A stretch of DNA of 64,000 nt from Oculina patagonica (taxonomy: Eukaryota), in assembly GCF_052425735.1 (NCBI RefSeq), contig NC_135763.1, positions 29,202,001 through 29,266,000 on the forward strand, given 5' to 3'. A model generated the notes under the pieces. It was given only the letters and a program-made list of their open reading frames with translations. It had not been told where the DNA came from and ran no database searches. A program made the position numbers and the translations under genes. This document shows, piece after piece, positions 36,301 to 48,795 of this stretch. Position 1 is the first letter of the stretch. The number at the start of each line of letters is the position of its first letter.

Positions 36301-39119
36301 AGGCCTACTCTGGGACCTTAGCTCGCCTTAACTCGCCTTAACACGCCCTAACTCGCAACTTGAGATTATGGTCAAATTTCCTTAACTCGCCTTAACTCGC
36401 CTAAACTCGCGTTATCTCGCACAAACTCGCTCAATCTCACCGAATAAGCAAAATACCAATTTAATTATTTCATCCTGTTTTCAGTGTTATTTCAAAATTA
36501 ATCCATAATGGGAAGTTGTAAAAGAGAATGAATTTTGAAAGTGCAAAAGAGTGTTTTGTAAGGAAAACAGGTTCTTTACCCTCCTTTGAATAGTATGAAA
36601 ATTGGCTCGGCCTATCCTTTTGGAATTTCCAATAGCCTTTGTGTTAAGGGTGTTTCACAACTAAAGATTGACCTTGTCATGCATATGCCTTAGAATCACC
36701 ATTGGATTGTCAATGGAACTACTAGGAACAACCTCAACATGCATTAACAAGTTTGCTGATGTCTAACAAAAAGGCTACAATGCTAAGCATGGCAGAAATT
36801 CCAGAGGCATGGGGTCACAGGGTCTAGGGATATTTTAAAAACTTATTTATTTAACTTATTTTGGTCCACAAAGTATGTAACACTGACCGAGACACCATGA
36901 AAAAGTATTCATAAGCAAGTCAATGAAATACAAAAACAAAACAGAACAACAAATTTTTAGTTTTAAGCTGACTAATGATTTATAAAAAATGTTTGTAGTG
37001 GCAAATCTAATTACTTTGGAAATAATATACAAAGAAGCTGCTTATGTCAGTGAATACCACTAGCAATAGTAACATCATATACCGGTAGTTTGATGGAGCT
37101 TAATGAGGATTCCAGCTGACAATGAGAGCCTGGGATGCTGCCAGAATCCTTTAAATACTCCACACACTCATTTATTGCATTCTATATTATGCAGTTCCAG
37201 AAATATCCATACCCACCCAGTGGAAGGTCAAATTATGAGAAAACCAAGGGGGAAGGAGGGTCTCAAAAGCCAAAATTTTAAAATTAAAGTATAGTGCTTT
37301 ATAACTGGGATTTTCCAGAGGTGAGGGGGATTTAAGCCAAAACACCCTCTGTGAGAGGGATATGGATATTTTCCATCACGATACATTTTTCATAAAGTTA
37401 CCTGGTACTAGAAGATTTGGTTCAACGTGACATCCTGTATGGCTTACATTGTAGTTAGCCTGGCAAACATAATCCATGATTCATTAAGACTTGTTTCATT
37501 GAGCCCTTCACTGAATAAACGGTTGCTAAAGCTACCACTTTTAACATTGATCGCCAGTTTCGTTCGCCATCTTGAAAATGACCCAGAAGATACTGGTAAC
37601 TAGTGCCTTTCCCAGGGCCCTCTCGTTCAACCCATCTTTTCTCGAGATGTATTTTGGGACATTTTCAAGATGGACGAAAAACTTATAAAGAAAAGGAAGA
37701 GAACTAGTGCAAAAATTGATGTTAAATTATTGAGAAGTTTCGAAATGGATCACACGCAGGTAAGCTTAGCCTTTTAACTTTGTAAGGTATGTTTTAAAAT
37801 GACGTAAAACAAAGCAGATAATGGAAATTAAGGAATGCTTTGCATGAGGAAAGAATAATTTCTTGTTCATGTGTACTGAACACTTTGTAAACATAAAATA
37901 AGCTTATGGTCATTTCTTTTTGCTGTTTTTGCTGGACTGAGAATGATGAAGAGCTTAACTTGATCTTCTTTTCTTTTGTAGAAATCAAGGTGTCTCTTAC
38001 AGGACTGAGGAACAGCTGTCTTTGCGAAAAGGCGTCAGCCAGTTCATTTACATGTACACGAAATTAAAATGGATTTATCCCAAGGAAAAGAAAAGGCAAT
38101 TGGTGTTTTCATTTCTGATAGTGACAACAAACAGTTGGGCTGGATTCCAAGGAAAACCATCAGTGAGGTGCAGAGGATGGGCCAGTGGAAGACTGGAAGA
38201 TAAGTCTGATATTTTTTCAAGGAGAAAGAAATCTCATTTCATTTCAGTAAAATTGATTGTGTCATAAAAGTCTCCTCAGCTGGGTTGTAATTCGTCAGAC
38301 TCCTTTTTTGTTCTAGTTGTTTGAAAAACATTGGCACAGACTGTCAGAAACAGACTGTCAGAACATTTCTTTTTATTAATTCTGCAGTCAATGACAATAA
38401 TTCATGCTATGTGATTTGATAATGATTATGCTCACCATGCCAGTCAATTAAAGCATAGTGTTGTTGAATTAAAAAAATATCCTACCTGTGTTTATAAAAC
38501 AGTTACATTAAATTGTCTATTCATGATTGTTTTATTTACATTAGTTTCTTTTTTCATTTATTTATTATTCTGTCAGTTATTTATGTAGCTATAGTAATAT
38601 TATATGATGATGATGATGATCATTCATCATCATGCAGCCACCTAATGGGATAGTTTGGTGTCTGGATGGTAGATAATTAATAAAGAACATGAATCCATAT
38701 CAATACTTAAGCTTGTCCAATTAGGAAAAAATAATTTTCTAAAATAAAATGAGATTTGGTTTCTTTCAATTTTTGATGTCATCTGAATTTTTTCATAACT
38801 GGACAACATGGAGCCTCATTATATATTTAAGACATACAAAAACTCCTTGGCATTTTTTGCTTGTAGGGCATATTATAATTATGTTTTAACCGGTATCGCC
38901 TCAACATTTTTTGCTTGTCAGGCATATTATAATTGTTTTAACCAGTATTGCCTCAACATTGGGTGGGTCATTTTTCCTTAACTCGCCTTAACTCGCCTTA
39001 ACTCGCCTTAACTCGCAACTGTTAGGTAAGCTCATTTTTTTCCTTAACTCGCCTTAACTCGCCTAAACTCGCATTAACTCGCACAATCTCGCGGCGAGTT
39101 AAGGTCCCAGAGTAGGCCT
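36301..39119. mobile_element. 2.8-kb unclassified DNA transposon inserted in the MMP-f catalytic exon
   Basis: TIR AGGCCTACTCTGGGACCTTA(G/A)CTCGCC. TSD GAGCAA at 36295-36300 and 39120-39125. (CCTTAACTCG)n arrays at both ends. Confidence 0.9.
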
Positions 39120-39364
39120 GAGCAAGAACGTTGCCTTTGCCGTCAAAGTCTACAAAACATTGTTTTTCACCAGGGCCAGCGTGACTACCTTTACCAAAAC
39201 TGCAAGAGGGAAAAATATAGAAACATTTCTCAAGAGATATACCGCTTTATCTTTCTTTACAACCGCTTTTGGTGTTACGCGCATAGCGGCTTTCCATCAA
39301 CATCTATCTTTCGACGTGCTACACAAACAAGACGGATCGAAATCCGCCAATCACAGACCATTAA

Positions 39365-40021
39365 CCCCTTCACTGCCGACCCCTCTGTACCGCTCCTTGC
39401 CAAAGCTTTCGTGCATAATTAATGAGGCAACACAGCAGAGCCGAATGAAAGCTTAAATAATTGCATAAACATGATGACAAGGACACATGGTTTAAAAACT
39501 GTATTGAAACATTTGCTACTAGCTAATTTTGACATGGTTACCTCCATATTCGATGCAAATATCAGAATTTTCAACATTTTACAGCTTTCAAAAGACTTCC
39601 ACGATCGCTCGATCTTCTGCCTGTATTTTTCCATAAGGCATTCACCAGCCGATTATTTTTCTGCTTCCCAAGTTCTCCACTTAACATCTTTTTCCCATTC
39701 GGAATTTAAATATCTCATATTTGCGCTGATATGACCCGTCTAACAAATAATTTCTTCGGCCACGAAGAAGAAAACAAGATGGCGGACAGATTACAGACAT
39801 AAATTTCGAAAAACCGAGAGGTAGGCTTTCGGAGACTGATGACGAGTAGTTACCAGGCTCCCAAAGGTCTTTCTGGATCACATCTGCCGGCGGCTTTTGA
39901 GTTCAGTGTGCCAGAGTTTCAACTGTGGTCTTTATTTTCTTGACGTACTCAGTACGTCATATAGGCACATGAAGTACAGAAATCATGACGTACTCAGTAC
40001 GTCATAGAGGCAGTGAAGGGG
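39365..40021. mobile_element. piggyBac-type MITE, apparently nested in an older MITE (about 39285-40165)
   Basis: TTAA-CCCCTTCACTGCC ... GGCAGTGAAGGGG-TTAA. Confidence 0.85.
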
Positions 40022-40720
40022 TTAACATGGCCTTTTGAACGTGTGGGGTTTTTTACATGAAAGAAACGCCCGTATGTATTGGTTTTGATTGGCTCATTTC
40101 AAACAGCACGTCGAAGGACTATAGCGAAAGACGATGTCGAAAGATGGATTTAGAAAGATGCCTCTGGATGTAACACTGAAAGCGGGTGTAGAGTGGTGCT
40201 TTGATACATCCTTTTTGATTGGTGACCAAGCCCCCACCCCCCCCCCCCCCCCCCAATATCCTCTTCTTCTTCAATTCCACCCGAAAGGAATTAAACTACA
40301 AAACCTGATTTTCAAGTCAGCATCGGCAACTGAGTATGTTCTGGAAAACTTTAGTTTTGGTTGCACGTCACTCTACATTTTAAATGCCTTAGCAAAGATT
40401 CTGTCCTGTTTGCTGTGTGACAAATCTTCGCCATAAGACAAGTAATATTTCAGGTCCGTTTTGCTCCATTTGGTCGTAGCCCAGTATCGCTTTACGCGCA
40501 TGCGCTCGCCATTGTTGTCAACATCCGGGACTCCACATCGTGGCTTCTTCATCAGATACATGGTCTCCTCATCCAGCTTTCCGGTCTCAGGCAGGCCGAC
40601 GAATCTCTGAAATTTTGTGATTGCAGTCACTGCGTCATGGTTTCTTGATCTGCTTAATGAGAGGTAGTGGTAATCTGACAGGTATTTCTAAAGGAGCAAA
40701 GGCAACAACAGTTTTGATAT

Positions 40721-41173
40721 TACCTTAAGGCTACTATTGTTAGTGGCTACTAATTTTAGCTATTTTAGTGAGTTGGGCCAAAATCGCTAAATTTAGTACT
40801 TGCTAAAAGTTGTCTCGGTCAAAGTTTGTACGCGTTAAATTGATCCCCCGCCCGCCAAAGGAATACAATATTAAATATAGTGGCCCTGTTCAACTATAAT
40901 TATGACAACGTCAGAAGGTAGGGCAACAATTAAGAAGTGTTGGGAGAGAGCTGAGATCGCCGTCATCATGACTGATTTCCCAGTAAATGTTTTCCAACAT
41001 TTGCAATTCACTTTGTTCTCTCTGACAAGAGACTTTGTTCTATTACTGAACATTTATTGCCATCTGTTTTTTTTTTTTGATTTTCGGAAAATCGCTAAAT
41101 TTAATAGTCGCCAATTCTTGCTCAGAAAAAATCGCTAAAATTAGTACTCGCTAAAAATAGTAACCTTAAGGTA
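40721..41173. mobile_element. TA-flanked MITE in MMP-f intron 1
   Basis: TACCTTAAGGCTACTATT... / ...AATAGTAACCTTAAGGTA, with about 40 bp of imperfect TIR. Confidence 0.8.
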
Positions 41174-41825
41174 AGTTTAAAGTATACAAGAATTACAATA
41201 GAAGTAGTCGCAAACTTATTTTTATTTTATGGATTAAAGGTTCTTAAGGACCATTGGCAATGAAAAAAATAAATTCAAAAATGATATTGTCGGTAGTCTG
41301 ACATCTACTCTGCTAAGTTTTAATAGAGTCATTGGAGAATAACAGAATTGATTTCAAATGTCGTTTTGCTGCAAATCAGGCTTGACAGTGATATTTTAAG
41401 CTATTAAAGGTGGACTGTGGACAATTCCAATTTGTGTTCTAGCTTCCAACAAAAGAAGTGTACTAAATTTAATGATTTTTACTTAACTTGTTTCAAATTA
41501 TAATCTCATTTAATTTTATCATTAAGAAACTGTCTTGTTTAAATTTTGAAGATAAAAATACTACAACAAACAACGTCTAAGTTTGAAACATTGACATTAC
41601 AAAGTACTACTTGAAAATCACTAAAAATGTATTATAACAATACATGTGATGTCCATACTTTGCCAGACAAAACTTACCACATCCACATGAAAAATGTTTC
41701 TTTTGGAAATTTTTCAAACTTGTTCACTCCCTTTTAGATCCTTAAAAATGGTTTAATTCATTTCTTTTAACTTACTATAAACAATAAAAAACGTTAACTG
41801 GCTAAAAATATTAAAAATAATGAGC

Positions 41826-42135
41826 TTTCGGCTGTCATTCGACCATCGCATAGACTTTGAGAGCTCTAGTGTCATTGACAAAGGCTCTTTTCGCATTAGA
41901 AAAACTTTGGAGGCTTGGCACACCTCTGCTACTAAGCATGTTGACAATAATTCAAAGCCCATTCCAAGCCAATACTGTATTCTTTTCAACAAAATAGCCT
42001 CTTAATTAGCAATTTTTTACGTCGCTTTTGTTTTTCATTATTTTCTTTTTATCTCACCTTTCTTGTATATATTTTATTCTTTTTGTATTCAATTTTTATC
42101 CGTCGAAGGCTGTAGAGTGACAGCCTAAAGCTCAT
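41826..42135 (+). mobile_element. Penelope-like retroelement 3' remnant (GIY-YIG C-terminal part plus pLTR hairpin)
   Basis: DHRIDFESSSVIDKGSFRIRKTLEAWHT...NNSKPIPSQY matches the H-x-I-D-(W/F)...R-x3-E-A-x-H tail of PLE ORFs. A degenerate hammerhead-like hairpin GAA-GGCTGT-AGAGTG-ACAGCC-TAAA lies at about 42105-42129. Confidence 0.7.
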
Positions 42136-42759
42136 TATTTTCAATATTTTTATTTATTGCATCATTTAGTTACTAATGTAGATCACATCTAGATTATAAT
42201 GACAAGTTGGAGCGAAGTATTTAAAAAAAAAGGCAACTAAATAACAAGCTTTTAAATTACAATATAAAATTTAGTAATCTGGGGTGGGGGTTTACTCAGT
42301 TGCAGTTCATTCAAAGAAAAAGAAAAAGAGCGGCGAGCTGGGTGAGCGGAAACGAGCTGTTTCGTTCGTGAGGGAACTGGAGTCGAAACAGAACCATTTG
42401 TTTCTTGGGGTAAGATGCCTGTTAGAAAATGTAAAAAAAAAGAAAACAAAGAAAACAAACCAACATACCAGACGGTTGTACAATGGCTGGCTGCGAATGA
42501 ATCGTAAAATGTATGACTGCATTCACTCCAGAGACGACAACCTTAGTATTTTGATTTCTGTCCATTCTGCACGATTATTTTTCTTGTATTTTTATTTAAT
42601 AACGTGGGCAGCTTTTTGACAGTAAAAGCAGCAACTACTTGAAAGAAAGAAGCAAAACAGCAATGTTTGCATTATAGGTCACTTTTATTGACATATTTTT
42701 TTGACATCATTCTCGCATCACTCATTCTTGACGAATGTGCTTGATCTTCGAACATCTCA

Positions 42760-45700
42760 TCAACCTGAAAGAATAGATATAAAGACAAAAACAAAAGATG
42801 GTTTCAAACTAATTAACTGAAAAATACATAATTTATAGCAATTTTTTATTTAGCTACAGAAACATCTCGACCAATAACTGATAAGAGTTGGAGCTGTTAG
42901 CCATTCAGAAGTCTGTCCTCAGCTTCATTCCCCTGATCAGGGGCAAGGTGGTTACGCTTTCTCAGGAGTTCTTGTCTCTTGGTCGGTAAAGTATCGTAGC
43001 GTTGTTTCGATGACTCCATGTCATCGTTATCAAGTAAAATTAAGCGTAATTATAACTGATCAGTAAAAACATAAATAAACGAACACAGACAAATAATTAA
43101 AAAGTGAATTTTTAAATAGAGGAAGGAAAAAAACCTAAGAATGAGCCGTTTTTCAGCCAACGTTTACATGGTAAAAAATATATAAATAACAACTTGCTGG
43201 AATGCAAGCCACGCCCTGGGACATTCGAATTCAAGCACGACAAGGATGACTGGCTAAAATCACTTTATTTGGATGCAAATGGCTTATAATAAACAGCAAA
43301 GTTAATCGGAACCCGAACTTTTTTTATGCCATGTCACACACCATATATGGACCTGATCCCGTTGATGTCGTCCTGATGCAACTTGGGTGTACCTCGGCTA
43401 GCCGTTGGCCACATTACTGTACCTTTCACATCGGAGTGCCGAAGTCCCAGCGCATGGCCAATCTCATGGACAGCAACGTAAATCAAGCTTTGCGATCCGT
43501 TCCACCACGAGCCAGTCTCTGTAAAGTAATCATCGTCATCAAAATGGAGTCGGCCATCTTGTGGGAAGAAAGCGTGTGCAAGAACCTTGCCTTTGCCATC
43601 AAACTTTGAGGAGCATTGCCTTTCACCAGGAACGCCCGCGTGATTTCCTTTGCCAAAACTAAAAGACATCATGAATGAAAATATAGTTTTTTACTTCAGT
43701 AATAAAAAGGAATGACTGTTTAATGGTAAGTCGTAAGTGATCTAAATATTGTCTTTATTCTCATCCAGTAGACCTTCAATTCTTTTTGTTTGGAAAGATC
43801 TGTCGCACGGCTGGTACTTTATGTGTTCGAAGACAATTGATCTCGAGAATCGTATTTTACGGTAGCAAACTTTACCTAATTAAGTACACAGCTTTTTGAT
43901 GTATAAGAGTAGCAGTGAGCACGCTTATCTCAGTAAAACAGGGGTTGATGTCAGTTGAGGTAGTTTTGACCTCTTGAACCGAACTTGACGTCAGTCGTTT
44001 GTCAGTAAAGAAAGAATGTTGAAGCCATTTTCATGTTGAGTCATTTTAAGTTAAAGCAAATAGTAACGGAATAGTCAAAAGAATGAAGTCAAGTTTAAAA
44101 CTTTGCACAAAAGCTGAATGAGACTAAAATATTCGAGATATCTGTAAAGGAATACTAAACCTTATTCTGAAGTCAGCATCCGAAATTGAATTTGTTCTGG
44201 AGAATCTCAGCTTTGGTGCTACGTCACTCCACATTTTGAACGCCTGGGCAATGATTCTTGACTGATCGCTATGTGACAAATCCTCCCCATAAGTCATGTA
44301 GTATTTTAGATCTGTCTTGCGCCATTTTCCCCAGGTCGAGTATCGCTTCACGCGCATGCGCTCGCCATTCTCATCAACATCCGGGACTCCGCATCGTGGC
44401 TTCTTCATTTGGTATAAGGTCTCCTCGTCTAGCTCCCCGGTCACAGGAAGACCGAAGAACTTTTGGAAGTTTTTGAGTGCGGTTTTTATGTCATGGTTCC
44501 CGGATCTACTTTGTGAGATGTAATGGTAGTCTGAGAGATATTTCTAAAGGATTAAAGATAGTGCCACAAAATTTAAAACAATAAATTAGGCTACTAGGAC
44601 AATTACCCCGGGGGGGGGGGGGGGAAAGGCACTCCCCCTATATGGCTTATATGGGGACGTGCCGCTGGATAGGGTATGGTTTTTGACTCCTCCGGTCCTG
44701 AACAGGGTATATAATTTCAAGCTCCTCTGTCCTAAACAGGGCCTGAAGCTGTCCTAGACAGGGTATGGTTGCAAGACTGTCGTCCATGTATTTACATTGT
44801 TTACGCTTTCGCTTCAATAAAAAGTATTATTTTATTCGGTGGGATAGGTGTTTTTGCATTTCAATGCTTCAAACATCGCGTATGGGACGCAATCACAATA
44901 AAGCGTAAATGATTGTTGATGTTGTCCTTTGTCCTAAATAGGGTCTTAGAATAGGGGGTGTTGTCCTACACAGGGTAGGCATTTTAAGTTTTTATTGTCC
45001 TAAACAGGGTCAGGGTTTCAAACCTCCAGCGGCACCCCTATACCTAAACTTAGGTCAAGTACCCCCCCCCCCCGCCCCCGGGACAATTACATAGAAAAGT
45101 AGATAGCTCTTTATTTGCCCAACCTTATAAGAGTCTTAGTGCTAAATTTTAGTGCTATCGAAGTGAAACAATAGGAAGATATTAAGCCGACGATAATGCG
45201 ATAAGTAAAAAGTTGACCCGATTGGATGTTAAAATTATTGTTGCTGTTTATCTGGAAGGCAAATCCTCTTTATATCCTCAGCGGATACAGTTAGCTAATT
45301 GTAGAACTTTGTTGCTACAAATTGATGGATGATACCCGCTTGTGATGGTTCATCATATGCAGGATGACTTTCAAACTTTTTTATGTTTAAACCAGAGCCA
45401 GGATTTAGATTGTTTCGGACAAATAACTATATCAAGCTATCAGTAAAGACAAAACTTATGTGCCTCGCAAAGTATCCCGTTGAAAAATGAAAATCATTAT
45501 TTTAGATTATATTTTATCATCACAATGAAATTCTTTTAAAGAATTATACCCAAGGTCGAGTCATGCTACCCTGAGGTAGCTGTGCTTTTTTTTTTTAGAA
45601 AAGTACAGAGGTGTTTAACTGTATGCTTAATGATTCTTTTTCACCATCAAAAGGGGTATAGGAATGGGGCTCGTCGATAAAAGAGGCCATTGTATTAGAG

Positions 45701-46349
45701 ATTCTTCATTTCCCTTTCATGAATAAGTCAAGGAATTATAGGTAACCTGCAGTATCTTGAAAAGTCATCAAAACGAATTCATTGTTCATATCTAAGAGGC
45801 GTAAATAAACTAAGTTCGGTAAACATGGGACACAATCTGCGTGAAAACTCGGATAGTCTACTGATGAAAAAATACTTGAGGCCTCTTTCGTCGGCTAGGC
45901 TAGCTAAAATTTTTGGGCTAAAATTGCTTGGCATGACTTGGGGGGGGGGGGGGGGGGGGGGGTTACCAAAAATCAGAACTCGCCGGTTAGACCAGTCCAT
46001 TCGTAAAGAGAATTCCGCTATTTATCAGAACTGATCATCCGGATCAGTCCATTCGTAAAGAGAACTCCACTATTTATCAGAACTGATCAGCTAGATCATT
46101 CATTCCTGAATAGTATGCAGATTTTAGGCGAAAACTCTCGAAGTGAGCCTGCTAAATTTTTAAAACTACCTATACAACCGGCCAGTTCTTAATTTGGGTA
46201 AACGCCTATATATTGCGTTATTACTTTAGCTACCGCTGTTCTAACAAATTGGGAAGCCATACCAAAGCAAATTCTCCATCGCTTTCTTCTTCCTCGCAAA
46301 TTACAACCTGGAAAACCAGAAAAGACAGGAAAATCCACTGATAAAGCAT
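42760..46349 (-). CDS. MMP-g: minimal matrixin-type metalloprotease, 4 exons, about 263 aa
   Basis: Exons 46349-46263, 44543-44161 (PRCGVPD, RVKR), 43658-43342 (HEIGHALGLRH, VMWP) and 42764-42760 (G|GT TGA). Poly(A) signal near 42684-42689. Confidence 0.92.
44607..45082. mobile_element. Non-autonomous DNA transposon with CCCGGG/poly-G termini and an 8-bp TSD
   Basis: ACAATTAC at 44599-44606 and 45083-45090. Internal GTCCTAAACAGGG repeats. Confidence 0.8.
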
Positions 46350-46390
46350 TTTGGTCCGTCAGGCTCGTACGAGCTACGATCGATACAATA

Positions 46391-46875
46391 AAATTGTAGA
46401 CGGTTTGATAATTTCATTTTCTAAAGAAAGTTCCGCAGCTGATCACTTGTTAAGTAAGCCTGCAAAAATATCGTTCGTTATTGCACAAATATTGTTCACT
46501 GTAAATCGTTTATTGCAATTGTTACGCCTAGCAGTTGTGACAAGATTGTAAATTGTTTCATAACCGAGTTTGTTGTAAAATAAACAGACCTTCTCTAGGA
46601 ATCAAAACACATATTTTGTTATAGAAAGACCTATGCTGAAATATAATTGTAGACGATTTGGAAGTTTCATTTTTTAAAGAAAGCTCTGCAGCTGATCACT
46701 TGTGATGTAGCCTGCAAAAAATATCGTTCGTTATTGCACAGATATATTTCATTGTAAATCGTTTATTGCAATTATCACGCTTAGCAGTTGTGACAAGATT
46801 ATAAAATGTTTTATAACCAAGATTGTTGTAAAATAAACAGAACTTCTCATAGAGTCAAAGCACATATTTTGTTAT
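46391..46875. repeat. Diverged tandem duplication (254-bp period) of the MMP-g proximal upstream region
   Basis: AATTGTAGACG...GCAGCTGATCACTTGT...CACATATTTTGTTAT starts at both 46391 and 46645. Confidence 0.85.
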
Positions 46876-47671
46876 TGGCCAGCAGATAATAATAGGGCTA
46901 TACGTTTACACAAAGGCGAATCGTTGGGACTAAAGATACCCCTTAAGGTGTGAAATTTTTTTTTTTAGGACAACGTTTAAAGTCAAGAATGAATCTTTAA
47001 CGAAACCTTTGCAATTATTTTTATAGGTTTTTTGTTTGTTGGGTGTCAAACAAATATCATTTTCAAAAGACAGGGAATAATCCACCCTTTTATGACCGGT
47101 CTTTTTTTTCCAGAAAGTCAAATCTATTTATCAGTTTTCTAACAATTTTTGTTTGGTATTATTTGCCAACACGGTTCGATCTGCCACAATGCTGAAAATG
47201 ACACTTACCGGAGAATATTGTCTGTCAAATAATAAAAAGCCCCTCCAATGTACGAGGCCGTTACCGAGTCTCGATTTTTGATCTATAGTAAAAGATGAAC
47301 GCCATCCTAGTTTCTATCTTTCAAATGTTTTTGTCAGTAGCGACTTTAGTGTTTTAGGCCATTATTGTAGCACAAAGAAGGCCTGCTAATGGATATTTAA
47401 AATGGAAAAAATACAGTGCAAGTTAACTTTTAATATTAAAAAAAATGTCAACGTAGATTTAAGTCCTACCATAAACTTCTTTGTTCGTCTTTTGTCTCTT
47501 TGGGGGCATGCATGCCACTGAAAAAGATGTGTGCCAGCACTGACAAAGGTATTGTTTTGCAACAACTCGGAACGTCACTGCCTGGTTCTCATTCATTATC
47601 ATTAAACTTCCAAATACTCGTCGCTTGAAAAGACTTACAGGTCACTCGGGACGACAAGTTTTTCCCTATTG

Positions 47672-47875
47672 AATGCGCCATTTCCAGCTAACGATCACAT
47701 GGTACAAAATAACACCTTGCTAGAGGGCAAGCTACGCTATGGCACTTCGAAAACAAAGGAAATTCAAGCATAACTGCTTAAAGTCGCTTTGTTTTGGATC
47801 ATGTCCCAGCGAGTTGCTTGCCCTCCAGCAAGGTGTTATTTTGTAACATGTGACCGTTGTTGCAAAGGGCCCATT
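47672..47875. mobile_element. About 200-bp palindromic MITE
   Basis: CACATGGTACAAAATAACACCTTGCTAGAGGGCAAGC pairs with GCTTGCCCTCCAGCAAGGTGTTATTTTGTAACATGTG. Confidence 0.65.
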
Positions 47876-48635
47876 CATCTTCTTTGTTTTGACAAACAAA
47901 GAAGATGGTTAATTTTAAGCTCGATGGCATGGTGAATTGAAAAAGATGTAATATTCTTTAGAAAACTGTCGTTTCAGTAGAGGCTCCTTTATTTTTAATT
48001 TTCAGTTAGCAAACTCGTTAAAGATAAAAGGGCTCAAAGATTAGTCAGAAATTTGAATGCAAATGTAAATAATTAACGTGAAATGGACGACGAAAAAGTT
48101 GATTCTAGCACATCATAGAGAGCTTTATTTTTAATAAGCAATACAGGATACTTGTATATGCTGTGCTAATGGGTATGGTTATAGCTTTGTTGGCTTGAAT
48201 AAGAGTTAAGTTTGAGCTTGAAACAGCGCGGAACTAAATTATAGTGATCAACTGATGTTGTAATGGCTGTACATTATTTTTTAAAACAAGTTCGAATTTT
48301 CGTGTTGACTTACTGTTGTCCCACTCAGAACTTCTGCTTTTTCAACATAAAAGGGGAAAACCTGAGGCATCATTAGAATGCGCGATTAGTGCTTCTTCTC
48401 AACACAGCCAGAGTTACTGAATAATGAATAATGTTTGGGAAAACGCACACCGGTTATGCCAGTCGGTGACATGCAATTCTTGTCTTTCTGCATGGGGTTA
48501 ATGGGACGGCAGTAAATACGATGATAACAATGGAAATGATGTTTGAGGAACTATAGAGTAGTGTTGAAAACCGGCCATCTACGAAAAAAGCCTTTTACTT
48601 ACATACATACATATATACTTTATTGCATAGCTCCC

Positions 48636-48795
48636 NNNNNNNNNNNNNNNNNNNNNNNNNNNNNNNNNNNNNNNNNNNNNNNNNNNNNNNNNNNNNNNNN
48701 NNNNNNNNNNNNNNNNNNNNNNNNNNNNNNNNNNNNNNNNNNNNNNNNNNNNNNNNNNNNNNNNNNNNNNNNNNNNNNNNNNNNNNNNNNNNNNN
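48636..48795. other. Assembly gap (N run)
   Basis: 160 N. Confidence 1.

Larger units (their letters stand above)
35132..40687 (-). pseudogene. MMP-f pseudogene
   Basis: No signal-peptide exon found upstream. Exon 40687-40305 has TGG>TAG at 40375-40373. The catalytic exon (39199-39120 plus 36300-36151) is split by a transposon and lacks the HEIGH...VMW segment. Terminal exon 35136-35132 (G|GT TGA). Confidence 0.92.
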
